Shown in pieces: positions 48,561-61,700 of a stretch of DNA of 64,000 nucleotides; the first letter of the stretch is position 1; each line of letters starts with the position of its first letter. Both the position numbers and the translations under genes were made by a program. Source of the stretch: Stegostoma tigrinum (lineage: Eukaryota); assembly GCF_030684315.1 (NCBI RefSeq), contig NC_081372.1, forward strand, positions 40,058,457 to 40,122,456, given 5' to 3'. The notes under the pieces are model-generated. The model ran no database searches, was not told where the DNA came from, and saw only the letters and a program-made list of their open reading frames with translations.

Positions 48561-49519
48561 TTAACATTCATTTTCAAAGAATATTTTCCATCAATGTGAC
48601 CGTTTGAACACAAAAATGAGCTCTTATCAGAACTTCATACTAGTTCTGCTGCATTCATGGCCAAGTGGATTATTGTGCTAAGATGACAGTTTGGGAGAAA
48701 AAATAATAAATTTAGTCTCCTGGTTAGACACAGCCATATACGTCCAAGATGCCACATGAGAGCTTACATCTGCATTTGAAAATATAGCTTTAAAAGTGAC
48801 AAGTATTTCATCTACATCATCTGATAAAATGAATCAAATATTCTAGGACATGAAGAAATAATCTAGATAGTAAATGGGCATCATTTATCAACTAAAACTT
48901 GGATTATTATTCCTTAAAATGAAATGATTACCATGTAAGCATATTTCAGCAGCAGTAAAAATACATACATTGCCCTTCACAGGTTAAACTGCTCAATCTT
49001 AACCAGCCTGAAGAAAATTACAATCTAATTGTTACTCCGGTCTTCAAATAATAAATAGTACAGGTATCCTGCAGATTATTTGAAATGCACTATGCACACT
49101 ACTCTTAGAGTTATCCTTAGGACTTCTGGCATAATAGATAAAATACAAATTTGTAGGCATTTTTTAAAGGGTTAAGTCAATAACTATTGTATAAATGTCT
49201 TTGTCCTTGCCTTGTTGTACTGCCCAATGCACACACTGAAAGAAATATAAGCAACTGGGTTTCAGGATATGTTCTCCTGTATTGAATGTAAAGATTGATG
49301 AACATTGAGCAGTGACTACATTATATATAATGATTTGAGAAGGTTCAAATGATATCCTAAACTGCATAAGTATAGTTCTAGCAGTGTTTTTTTTGTTGCA
49401 AATCGTCCAAAGAATACTGCCAGTGGTAGTAAAAAGCAAAGATGAAAATGAGCTATTAACCTAGTGAAGCTCCATCACAGGAATATTTGCATGCTAAACA
49501 GAATGAACAGCAAGTCATG

Positions 49520-50570
49520 GAGCTAGTTGGGATCATACCTTGCACAAAAGACATTTGTGATTATGATCTTTGGATATGAATTATATCTCAGCTTCAAGAC
49601 GTTTGACAGGAGTTCCTCAGGGATGTGTCCTAAACCCGGCCTCTTCAATTGCTTTGTCAGTGATCTTCCCTCCGTCATAAGGTCAGAAATGGAGGTATTC
49701 ACTAATGATTATACAATGTTCAACACCACTGTTGACTACTCAGATGCTAAAACAATCCATGTATAAATGCAATAAGATATGGACAATACCCAAGCTTGAG
49801 CTGACAAATAGCAACAAATATATTGTGCCACACCAGTGCCAGACAATGACTATTAAGGGGACAATGGACAGTCTGCCCATTACCCATTGATATTCAATAG
49901 TATTAGCATAATTGGATCCCCACTATGAACATCCCAGGATTTAGCATTGACCAAAAATTGTACTAGACCAGCCATTTAAATACAGTGGTAAGAAATACTG
50001 CATTGAATAACTCTCCTCCAGACGCCCCAAAGCCTGTCCATCATCTACAAGGCATAAGCCAGAAGTGTAATGGAACAGTCCCCAGCTACCTAGAAGAATG
50101 TAGCACCATCAACACACAAGAAACTGGACATCACCTAGAATAAAACAGCCTGCTCGATTGACATCACATCCACAAACATTCACTCTGTCCACCCTGTAGC
50201 AGTGTGTACTATAGTATGTACCACAGATGTACTGCCAAAATTCACCAAGGCTCCTTAGGCAACACTTTTTAAATCTATGACCATGTCCATCTGAAGGACA
50301 AAGGCATCAGGTACATGGACATCAGGTACATGGGGAACAGATGCAAGTTGTCCTTCAAGACACTCACCATCTTGACTTGGAAATGTATTGCCATTACTTC
50401 AGTGGTGCTGGGTAGAAATCCTGTAACTCTCTCCCTAATGGCATTGTAGACCTACACCGAATGAACTGCAATGGTTCAAGAAGACAGCTCGCCATCACCT
50501 TCTCAAGGGCAACTTGGGATAGACAATAACTGTTAGCCAAGTCACGATGTCCACACCTCTTGAATGAATA
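49520..50570 (+). mobile_element. CR1-group/L2-like LINE 3' part
   Basis: LFNCFVSDLPSVIRSEMEVFTNDYTMF; tail TTCTCAAGGGCAACTTGGGATAGACAATAA...GAATGAAT. Confidence 0.85.
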
Positions 50571-50749
50571 AGCATAACAGAATTTACCAGAAGATAATGT
50601 ACAAAGCATATAATACTCACATCCATTTGTCGGAAGAATTGAAATCGTACGAAAATTGGTGGAAGAGTATGAATCGACTTACTAACAGATTTCCCATACT
50701 TTAAAGAATGAGGAACATCACAAGTTGAACAAATGATGACTATGTTTCT

Positions 50750-51025
50750 TTATTTTTCACGGGTTGCTCGCATTGCTTGCAGGGCCAACATTACCTATCC
50801 ATCCCTAATTGGCTTGAAAAGCCATCCTAAAGAACATCAGTGAGCCAAGTGGGTTTTTACAATAATGGATGATAGTTGCCACAGTTACTAGATTGAAACT
50901 AGCTTTATATCCCAAATTCATTAACTCGATATAAATTAGAACAGCTGCCATGGTGAACTTTGAACCTGTGACAGTACGGCATTAGCCTGCGTTTCCAGAA
51001 TACTGGTCCAGTGATATTATTGCCA
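50750..51025 (-). mobile_element. tRNA-headed SINE, same family as 595-920
   Basis: Tail CATTACCTATCCATCCCTAATTG, body CTAAAGAACATCAGTGAGCCAAGTGGG, head CTGCCATGGTGAACTTTGAACC...TACTGGTCCAGTGATATTA. Confidence 0.65.
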
Positions 51026-53454
51026 GCAGAACTGATGGATATGAGCTGATAAAGTTTCCAAGAACTGACACTGCTGAAGAGAGAAAGTTGAGTCCAAGGC
51101 ACACTGAGGTCATGCGGGTTAAGGCAAACTGTTTTATTATTATTATATACACTCCTTACCTTTTATTCCAACAGTGGTCAACAAATGAGTATCATGTAAC
51201 ATGGCTCATTTGGAGCAAACAACAACAACATTTAGAATATTGGAATATGGAATGCCAAGTGGCTAATGAAGGCAAATTTTAACATAAATATGAGGAAATT
51301 AGCATATTGAAAAGGGTTTTAGAAAGCTATGGAGAAAGGCCAGAACAATGATTAGCATCAAGTAACCCCAAGGGAAAAATCAGTAAGAAAATCAGTAACA
51401 CATGAAGAGTACACTGGTAGAATTGAACCTCCATTTTAAAGTAAATAAGACAGGTCAGACTTGTATATCTCATTCACTCCCAGTTTTCCTGGTTTATCCT
51501 TCTAGGAAGGGGCTAGGACCAGCAGATCTAGGCCAAACAACATCCTTCAGATATTTCTGCAATTGTCTAACTTTAATGTGACTTTGAATGTATAGAATTC
51601 AAAATCTTTGACTCATTTCAGATTTTATTCTGATAAAATGATGGACTCACCAAACTGAATTTCATGAACTTCCTTATTCAAATTCAGTTTTCGGGTAACA
51701 TTTGCAGTTTTAAATTAATTCATTTTCAGTAATATTTCTATCACATAAAATTAATTAAACATAGAATTGAGAGAATTCTTCACATTCAGTCTCTTATGTT
51801 ACAGCACCACCACTGGCAGTAACAGCTGAATGCCAGCAAAATGTCAGTTTAACCTTGCATCCTATAAATACTGAAGCCACAGAAAAGCTGTCAGCTTTTC
51901 CCAAACAGGAGGAGGATGTTTCAAATATAAATAAATAAGTCAGGTCTCTGACATGTGAATTATTATCTCTGTGTTTTTTCTCTTCACAAACTTGCCTGAC
52001 TTGTTAGGCAATTTTCAACATTATCTGTTATGTTTAATCAGATTTCTAGCATTTGCAGTATTTTGATTTCTTCTCAAATCTTAACTCCATTTATTGTATC
52101 CCTAATTTGAGAGTATGGGCACTCGAATAGAAATTGTGTCATATGCTTTAACGAAAACCATTCTAATGCCTAAATGAGGTCATCAGTGTTGATGTTTATC
52201 ATCTCTGAGCTCCTAGTGCACAACCGTTTTGAAGAGGTAATCAGATACAATTTTGATCATCCTATTACCCTTCTCTAGTTTGTATTGATTGGCACTTCTT
52301 TGCAGAATTGGGTTTGCAAACTAAACTTTAAAAAGCAAAAGCATCAATAAATAATTTATATTTACATTTGTGCATTTACTTCTCCGAGACCTGGATGTAA
52401 CCTGTTTTCAAGGAATATTTTATTACATTGAGAAAACTTCATAAGTTCCAAAATAAGTCATTGGTGTAGGTCATTTGAATAAAATCCAAAGAGCTACAAA
52501 TGCTGGAAATCAGAAACAAAAGCAGAAATAGTGAAAAAAACTCAGCAGGTCTGGCATCACCTGTGAAGAGAAAACAGAGTTATAATATTTCGAGTCCTGT
52601 AGGCACTGGAAGGATCACTGGACCTGACATGTTAACTCTGCTGTTCCTTAAAATCATATCACATGATTCTATTCTATCATAACCAGACACATTGCATTTC
52701 ATTTATGAATTGTATTTCATGTGATAGCAACTTCAGAGGTTGCAGCCAGTGCCACACATTTGCAGAAATGATAAACGAAAGTTCACTATCCACAAATTAG
52801 CAAGGGCTACCAAGACCATACTAATTCCAATGACACTATTTACACAACCTTGTCAGTAGGAGTGCACGGTTAATGATTTGCACCAGTGATATTCCGGTAA
52901 TGTGAGTTGAAGTTAAGAATATTTAGCCACAGCAGTTTTTCTACTTTTCTACTTTTCTTTAATCTTTTGGGATAGCCTTAAGTTTGGAGTCTTAATATTG
53001 TCACTGAATTACATATTATTTAAATACGAAATTTGCTGCAACATTTGAATGCTCTAGTTTGAATAGAATTCTTCTTTAATGTTATTTGCATAACTTCTCT
53101 GGGTAGGCACAGTTCAGATGCTGTGGAGCAAACATCTGCTCTGTTGAGTGGGATATATACGATAACCTAACATTTGGAATCATGCACCACCAGCAAGAGT
53201 TAAATTAAGTCCTATTTTGTATGTACATTTTTCTATATACACTGTTAACACACACAGTGCAGAAACTCAGCAGGTCTAACAGTATCTGTGGAGAGAAAGC
53301 AGAGTCAAGATTTAAGGTCCAGTGACTCTTCATCGACTGCAATTCTTGGCCTTAGTCAAACTACCTGCACTAGTGAGTCAACAAGCAAACTCACAGATTC
53401 CCTGGAACTCCTTCCAAATCCCTTAATGTAATAGAGAGCATAATCAGATATATT

Positions 53455-53575
53455 GGGCAGAATTTTACCAGCACTTTTCGAACAGGCTGGGAGACAGGAA
53501 TTCAGGCAAAATGACAGGGGAAGGTAGCAGGTGGAATGCTTTCCTGCTGCCATGATTTCAGTCCAAAATTCTCCC
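53455..53575 (+). mobile_element. Harbinger-like non-autonomous end or short MITE
   Basis: GGGCAGAATTTT at 53455 and AAAATTCTCCC at ~53565. Confidence 0.45.
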
Positions 53576-53856
53576 TGTGGGGGCTAACTTTCATCCTCAC
53601 TGGAGGGCGAATGAGGAAGTAGCATCATGAAACTTATAATACAAAGCTTAACTGCCATGTTTCTGCTAACAATCAACCTATTGCCATTTTAATTATAAGC
53701 TGGATACAGAAAGACAAAGCAGCCGCCTTGAACTGGCTGGAACATCTTTAAAGTGTAAACATCAGAGCTATATTTTGTTAATGGCACCTAAATACTCTAT
53801 CCAAATTAGCACGATAAATTCTTAGTGCCAGAACCATTCAACATCAATAAATTGTA

Positions 53857-53959
53857 TGTCCTGAGGAAGGGTCACGGGACCCAAAATGTTGACTCTCATT
53901 TCTCCTCACAGTTGCTGCCAGACCTGCTGACCTTTCGAAGAAACTTGTTTTTGCTTGTA
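53857..53959 (+). mobile_element. Penelope-like terminal mini-element (family B) with 11-bp TSD
   Basis: CTGAGGAAGGGTCACGGGACCCAAAATGTT; AATAAATTGTA at 53846-53856 and 53960-53970. Confidence 0.8.
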
Positions 53960-56774
53960 AATAAATTGTACGGGTCAGAAACAGATACTTGTGGTAGCAT
54001 TTAAAGGGCATTTACCAACTAAGAAGTAATCGCTGGCAACAGTCTTAAGTATTTCAGGAGCAGGTACTAAGTAGGTTTAATGGTGGACACTATGCCTTTT
54101 TGGCAATCTTTGTCATAACAACAATTCTGAGAGCATGTGGTGAAATGTTTGCACCATTGTTAATACCCATCTGCTACTCCCTGTAGTAAGAGACGTAAAA
54201 GGAGCAGCAGAAACTGAAGAGTTTCCAAGAATAAAATATGGCCTTGCCAAAGACTCCAGAGTGGACGGCCATTCCAGAAACAAGAACAGAAAATGCTGGG
54301 AAATCTCAGTAGATCTGGCAGCATCTTTGGAGCGAGAAATAGAAGTAGTATTTTGAGCCCAGTATGACTCTTCTTCAGTTCTAAAGAACAGAATCTATTA
54401 ATAGGGTCTAGCAGCTCGTACTGAGCTACTTGAATCTAAATGAAATGTCCTTCACAAAGACATTCATAGATGCATTATTTGACTAGATTATTGATTCCAT
54501 GGAGTTCCCTACAGCTTCAAGAAAGGACTGCAGCTTTTGCAGCATTCCTACAATGTACACATCTGGATATCAGCATCTTTTAAGGCCGGCTTTTTTCAAG
54601 ATCTGCAAAATATTTTACTACTTTAATGACTGGGCTGAATTTCAATGAGCTCATGTTCAAGTTCTTTCCAGGCAGGATTTGCTCTCACTGAGGTTGAGTA
54701 ACATATCCCAGCTGCTAAGGAACAAGGGACATCCTCTGCAGACTTGTCTGATTGCCCTACTCCAATTCCACAGGTGCCAACAGGAATCAGATACAACTGC
54801 CACAAACAGAGAGAAAAGACTATTCTGTGGTCTGAACTGGTCCATGGGTTTCCAACAGCTCTGGGAAAGAGTTAAGGATAATGATGGTGCACTTTCTCCA
54901 ATGTAATCTCCTGCAATAGAACCAACTGCTGTTGGAATCAAACAAAGTGGCTTGTTCACCACATGAAGTGAAGGAAACGAATCACCCAGAGGATACAACA
55001 GTGGAAAGGGGTCTGCAAAATCAGATTACAACCAAACTCATCACAGGTTCAGCACCAGAACTCTTCGACTCCTGCTCCCACTGCCAAAACCAGAACTTCA
55101 CTTCTTTGAGTGAACAAAAACTAAATCAATTTTCCGTCCAATGAAAGAACCATGACCCTATTGACAGTCATGTCACAGCTGCTATACAGCAACCGTGTAG
55201 ACAACACCATCAAATGAAAGGTTTTACGGTTTAATCACACCATTAATTAGCAAAAGATACATCAAGATTCCAGTTGTCAGTCTTTAATGCCTTATTCGCT
55301 TAATTTGCTAATAGTATAATTCTTTCTGAGGTTTCTCTACATCTGCTTCAGAATGTAATGTAGAAAAGGATATTGAAGTTGATGATAGGCTGATATTTGA
55401 ACAGAAATTTTGAGATGCTCACGGTTTGTAATCTCTGGGAGCTGGAACCCAGGAGGACCAAGGTGCAGCATCAGTAGAAGTGATCTGTAAGTTCATTGCT
55501 TAATAAAGATGAAAAGACAGGCAGCTACTGAAAAGTTGTCCCCCAACCTAGGCAATGCTGATGTTTCTTCTGTTGCTCACTCCAATGATTTCCATACCAT
55601 TCCCTTCCACTCAAAGTGAACTTTGTATGGACACTAGTTTTCTGCTGGTTTATGTTTCCTTCCTATGTCATGACCCAGTGTATTCAATAGAAAGAACAGG
55701 AAATGGTTCTCATAAAATGGACTGATATGTGAAGCAACGTAAAATGGAGTGCATGCAGAAAAGGAGAGGCAGCAAGTAGTGCAGGGGATAGGAGGTAGTA
55801 ATGAATAAGCAACCCAATTTGAAAGCATACTGAGCAGAAAAGTAAAAAATTATTCAGAAGTTGTTACCAGGTTAAGACAGAAAAATGTTTGTCCCTGTTT
55901 CAAGGATATTGACTTTTTTGTATGTTAGTTTGAGAAGGAGGATTACTGCAGTAACCTATTATAACTTAAGAAACATGGGTAGCAATGGAGTTTTGGGACA
56001 GATGTGGGAGTGTATACTATAACACAGTCTCACCCTGAAGGTAAGAGAAACACTGGTATAAGTTGGATAGCCAATCCGCGGTGAGTTAGCCAACCTGAGT
56101 TCACTTACTTTGGGGAGGATACAATTAAGATTACTACCAATGTACTTTGGAGGAAAAAAATCCACGTGGTTGCAGACGGGGCAAAAAAGATTACTACTTG
56201 GTTGTGTGCAGTAAGCACCTCACACTGTCATGATGTCAATGGGGACTTGATTAAAATAAAGAAGAAACTTGTCAGAGATAGATCTAGAGCTAATGTGCTG
56301 CTAGCAGTCTCTGGTGGTAATGGTGAGACCCTGCCACAAATATAATGAGTCGAAGTGGCCAGCATTGCTTCTAAATGGTGCCAAAAATGTCAGAATTTAG
56401 CCTTTCTAGGAAGGTATCATGCTGGCAATCCAGAAACAGATTCTGTTAACCACTGATGATACAAATCTTGTAGCATTACCCAACAGAGAAGGACACTTCA
56501 GTGAAAAAAAAGCAGAAGAATTACAGACTTGACAGAAGCTGAACAGAATTAGAAGAAATCTCTTGGTTGAAGGAAGAGGTACATGCTACATTAACAGATG
56601 GTGAACTGTGGAATAGGTCCTATGTCTGAACTAAGCCAATGAGCTGCCTTTGTCTGCCTAACTTCCTTTATCTCTGGGTTCCATCTCCATCAGTCTGCTT
56701 GCTCCTTTACCTGCCTCCATCTCTTTTCATCTGCGTAAATACCACCTTTTTCCAGCTATCATCTGTTCTGAACA

Positions 56775-58320
56775 AAGAACAACACACCACAGGAACAGGC
56801 GCTTTGTCCTCCCAGCCCGTGCCAACACATTTCACCCTTCCATTTTAAAACTGTCTTCACTTACCAGGTCCATATCCCTCTATTCCCTTCCTATTCGTTT
56901 ATTTGTCTGGGGGCTTCTTGAATGCTGCCTTTGTGTCTGCTTCCACTGCCTCCTCTGGTGGCGTGTTCCAGGTACTCACCACCTTTTGTGTGAAAAACCT
57001 GCCTTGTACATCTCTTTTAATCAAGGCTCCTTGCACCTTGAACCTGTGTCCCCCAGTTATTGAGTCCTCCACCCTGGGAAAAAGCCTCATACTTTTCACT
57101 TTATCCATGCCATTCACAATCTTATAAGGTTCTATCAGGTTACCTCTCAACCTCCCACCTTCCAGTGAAAACAAACCCAGTCTATCCAACCTTTCTGCAT
57201 ATCTAAAATCCCCCATTTCAGACAACATCCTGGTAAGCCTTCTATGTACCCTCTCAAAGCATCCACATCTTCGGGTAGCATGATGACCAGAACTGAATAC
57301 AATATTCCAAGTGTGGTCACACTAAAGTTCTATAAAGCTGCAGCATAACTTGCCTATCCTTATAGTTAATGCCCTTTCCAATGAAAGCAAGCAATCCATA
57401 GGCCTGTTTTACTACTTTATCAGGCTGCGCTGCCGCCTTCAGTGATCTGTGGAATGCACACCCAGGTCTCTCTGAAAATGAATACTCAAAGGGTTCTGCC
57501 ATTCACTGCATAACTTCTGCCTGTATGTGACTTTCCAAAATGCATCACCTTACATTTTTCCTGATTAAACTCCATCTGCCATTTTTCTGCCCCTGCTGTA
57601 TCCTGACAATCCTCTTCAGTATCCACAACTCCACCAATCTTTGCATTGTCCCAAACTTAAAATTAGATCAGCTAAGTTTTTCTCCAAATTATGTGTGTCG
57701 ATCATGAACAGCAGAGGCCCCAGCACTGGACCCTATGGACCATCACTAGTCACAGCCCCCGATCCGAAAAACATCCTTCTACTGCTACTCTCTGTCTCTT
57801 ATGGCTAAGCCAGTTCTGCATCCATCTTGCTAGCTCCCCCATGATACCATGTGATTTCACATTTTGTACCAGTCTGCAGTGAAGGACCTTGTCAAAGGCT
57901 TTAACCAAGTCCATATAGACAACATCAACCACTTTTTCCTCATCAATCAAGTTAGTGTGCCATGACCTCCTCTGCTCAAACCATGCTGTTTATCACTTAT
58001 TAGTCCATTTGCTTCAAAATGCTTATAGATCTTATTCTTGAGAATCTTTTCCAATACTTTCCCACCACTAATGCGAGGCGTACAGGCCTGTAATGTCCTG
58101 GATTATCCCTGTTCCCCTTTCTCAACAAAAAGACAACATTAGTTATTCTACAGTCATCTAAACTTTATCTGTGGCCAAAGAGAATACAAAGATGTTTGCC
58201 AATGGTCCAGCATTTGTTCCCTTGCGTCGCTCAAAATTCTAGGAGAGATCCCAGCTGGTCCCAGGGACTTATCTATCTTAACACTTTCTGAGATGCATAC
58301 CACCTCTTTCGTTTTAATCG
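56775..58320 (-). mobile_element. CR1 LINE ORF2 3' half, decayed
   Basis: VDVVYMDLVKAFDKV...WMQNWLSHKRQRV; VKQAYGLLAFI; RLDRLGLFSLEGGRLRGNLIE...FFTQKVV. Confidence 0.92.
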
Positions 58321-58439
58321 AAACTTGGCTGAAAAAGGGTCAGTGGGTTTAAAACATTAACTCTGCTTTCTCTCCACAGATGGTTCCAGGCCTGCTTGAG
58401 CTTCTCGAGTAATTAGTATTTTGTTGCTAAAGTTGAATG

Positions 58440-58880
58440 TTGCCTTCCACAGATAAAAGTAATTTGAAGAATACGGAAGAGAATATTTTGAGCTAAATTA
58501 AATGCATAGATAGGAGAGGCAGTGACAGATAACACTGAGAGATAAGAACATAGGAATTGATAGAAAAAACTGGCAATCTATCTCATTCACTTTTCACCAG
58601 TTATAATGGAGTTGATAGCTAATCATAACAATCAACAAGTGCTTACTTCCATGATCTCTCTTAGGAGCTTTATCCATAGATTGGACCCTCTCTCACTGAG
58701 ATATTGCATCTATGTGTCTTGGGTGAACAGCGTTACAAGCAATGGGGAGGCCTGTACAGGATCAGGAGCATATTTGTAATTGAAGCAAGCTTTGCCAAGA
58801 CCCTTGAACACAGACTAGAGATTAGCATTCCATATCTGGACCAATTAGGGAAAACATGCTGCACCCATTCTATCTGTGAA
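58440..58880 (+). pseudogene. Heavily degraded HARBI1-like transposase remnant
   Basis: DRKNWQSI (~58559; cf NRKG.HS), MELIANHNNQQV (~58606; cf VQLV.DH), EQRYKQ...VIEASF...YLDQLG (58725-58850; cf E.RYN...VIE..F...CLD.SG). Confidence 0.5.
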
Positions 58881-58916
58881 AGTTCTCTATTTGAAAGCAC
58901 CCATGCAGGTTTCAGA

Positions 58917-61700
58917 ATGGCTACAAGAAAGCTTGCTTCAGAAGCAAACTGACTCTTCCCTGGAGGTGATGCTGGAGGGATAAGGCCCAGATATCAGTCT
59001 TTAATGGAGAAACAAATCAGACACATGAAGCAGAAATGTCTGGAAATAATCGATGTTGTGAGAAGAGTAATGCCAAGAACTTGGATTCAACAGCCTCATG
59101 AGTTCCAGGAAGTAGTTTACTAAATTCAAATCGCATCTATCACTGACCTCCCTGGTATTCTCAGTGCAGCAATTTGGTTGACATATTTTGCAATTCCACA
59201 TAATTCTTTCTTTCCAAGCACTGAGACCCAAATCTCCATTTGAATGGCTAACATTCTCACCCCCATCCATTTGCTATTTTGTATCATTTCTCAGAGTTAC
59301 CCAGTGCATGTTTTATCTCCATCTGCAACACACATTTTATTTCTCACACTCATTATTCTGTTTTGTCTTATTGCAGTAGAAAAAGGCACTCAACTCTCTG
59401 GAGGGAGCAAGGACAGGATATAGATTGTAGCAGTTGTAGTCACCCTGCCTGCTTCGGAGGATGGATACTTTGAGATAGCAGGGTGGCATATACATTAAAT
59501 GTTGGCAATGGAAAGATGCAGATTGCCCAGAGACAGGGTAACAACATTAGATTGTGCATTGTGACTTGACATTTGATTTGATGTCAACAGTAACTGAAAT
59601 TTTATAGTTTGCACTCTGCTGCCCTTTTCCTAATGTCAACACCAATGTCTTTCTTCATCTCCTACAGGTCCTTAATTGGTGCTAAAGAGTTTATGAGGCA
59701 GAAATTTGAGGAGTCTCATAAAAGGCCAAGAACTCTAAGGAATTACATGAATCATTCACACTCTCCACCAGCATATCTTGGTAGACATTGGAGTAAATGC
59801 AACAAGGTTGTTGCATGATAAGGCACCAAGACATGCAGCTAGGATTTGGAGACATAGACATCAGTGGAGAGTCCCTGTAGAAGGACATAGGACACTAAAC
59901 TCTGTTCACTTAAGTATTGATGACTTAAGGGAGAACAATAAAAACAAGGGGGATATTCATGTGTTTCTGTCAACATGTTAAAATACAGTATGAACCCTTG
60001 GAGACAGATTAAAGGAATCTTCTCCAGTGTGAGTGTTGTGCTATTTCAGGCATTTCTGCTGATATCTATCTCCATGAAAAGAGTGGTGAACTGCATGAAG
60101 AATGGAAGCAACCAGGCCATTAAGTGTATGCTGGCCTGGACGAATGCTCTGCACACCCTAACCACCACTTTGCATAGGACGGAGGACAACCTCACCTTGG
60201 TTGTCAACAACTTTCTACCTCGCGGTTCTTCCACACTTGGTTTGCAGTCAATGCAGATGGGCCATAAAAGAGGGAATATGGTAGTCAGGGTTTTCCTCAA
60301 GGTGTTCCCAATTCTCCTCCCTTGGCCATTCTCTGTAACATTCCCCACCACAAACTAGACAGAGCTTTGGTTGCACTCTCAAGTTCCCCTCAACTAAGGC
60401 TGCCACTGGGAACTGCAGATGCTGGAGAATCCACGATAATAATGTGTGAAGCTGGATGAACACAGCAGGCCAAGCAGCATCTCAGGAGCACAAAAGCTGA
60501 TGTTTCAGGCCTTGACCCTTCATCAGAGAGGGGGATGGGGTGAGGGTTCTGGAATAAATAGGGAGAGAGGGGGAGGCGGACCGAAGATGGAGAGAAAAGA
60601 AGATAGGTGGAGAGGAGAGTATAGGTGGGGAGGTAGGGAGGGGATAGGTCAGTCCAGGGAAGACGGACAGGTCAAGGAGGTGGGATGAGGTTAGTAGGTA
60701 GGAAATGGAGGTGCAGCTTGGGGTGGGAGGAAGGGATGGGTGAGAGGAAGAACAGGTTAGGGAGGCAGAGACAGGCTGGGCTGGTTTTGGGATGCAGTGG
60801 GGGGAGGGGAAGAGCTGAGCTGGTTGTGTGGTGCAGTGGGTGGAGGGGACGAACTGGGCTGGTTTTGGGATGCGGTGGGGGAAGGGGAGATTTTGAAGCT
60901 TGTGAAGTCCACATTGATACCATTGGGCTGCAGGGTTCCCAAGCGGAATATGAGTTGCTGTTCCTGCAACCTTTGGGTGACATCATTGTGGCACTGAAGG
61001 AGGCCCATGATGGACATGTCATCTAAAGAATGGGAGGGGGAGTGGAAATGGTTCGCGACTGGGAGGTGCAGTTGTTTATTGCGAACCGAGCGGAGGTTTT
61101 CTGCAAAGCGGTCCCCAAGCCTCCGCTTGGTTTCCCCAATGTAGAGGAAGCCACACCGGGTACAATGGATACAGTATACCACATTGGCAGATGTGCAGGT
61201 GAACCTCTGCTTAATATGGAAAGTCATCTTGGGGCCTGGGATAGGAGTGAGGGAGGAGGTGTGGGGGCAAGTGTAGCAATTCCTGCAGTTGCAGGGGAAG
61301 GTACCGGGTGTGGTGGGGTTGGAGGGCAGTGTGGAGCGAACAAGGGAGTCACGGAGAGAGCGGTCTCTCCGGAAGGCAGACAGGGGTGGGGATGGAAAAA
61401 TGTCTTGGGTGGTGGGGTCAGATTGTAGATGGCGGAAGTGTCGGAGGATGATGCATTGTACTATACAAGTTGGTCAGTCTCTGGTGGTATTCTCATAAGC
61501 TCCAAAACCTAGGGGAGATCTGTAATAAGCATTTCATCTGACAGAGCAGGAAAGTGAGCAAATTCCATCCAGCCCATCTGAAACCACAGGGTTTGCACCA
61601 TATAGAATTAAAAGGAAACAGATGAGAAAACAGTTGCACAAGAGAATTAACTTGGCTGCTTGTAATACATTTACTGGTGTTGCTACTTATTTCAATAAAT
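58917..61700 (+). pseudogene. Spliced Harbinger Myb/SANT gene fossil, interrupted by a PLE
   Basis: ATG 58917 MATRKLA, TDSSLEVMLEG, KQKCLEIIDVVRRVMPRTWIQ, RK*F; acceptor TTGCAG|59377 *KKALNSLEGARTG...FEIAG; donor 59537|GTAACA; acceptor CCTACAG|59668; basic tail and AATAAA near 61694 (3' extent inferred). Confidence 0.68.
60407..61453 (-). mobile_element. Penelope-like element 3' part with open GIY-YIG endonuclease domain and hammerhead motif (60499-60526)
   Basis: ORF 60757-61227 FTCTSANVVYCIHCTRCGFLYIGETKRRLGDRFAE...VANHF...EQQLIFRLGTLQPNGIN; terminus identical to family A mini-elements. Confidence 0.95.

Noticed and set aside
56230-56640. Possible N-terminal part of the Harbinger transposase upstream of the CR1 insertion
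   Set aside because: Motif resemblance too weak to support by eye
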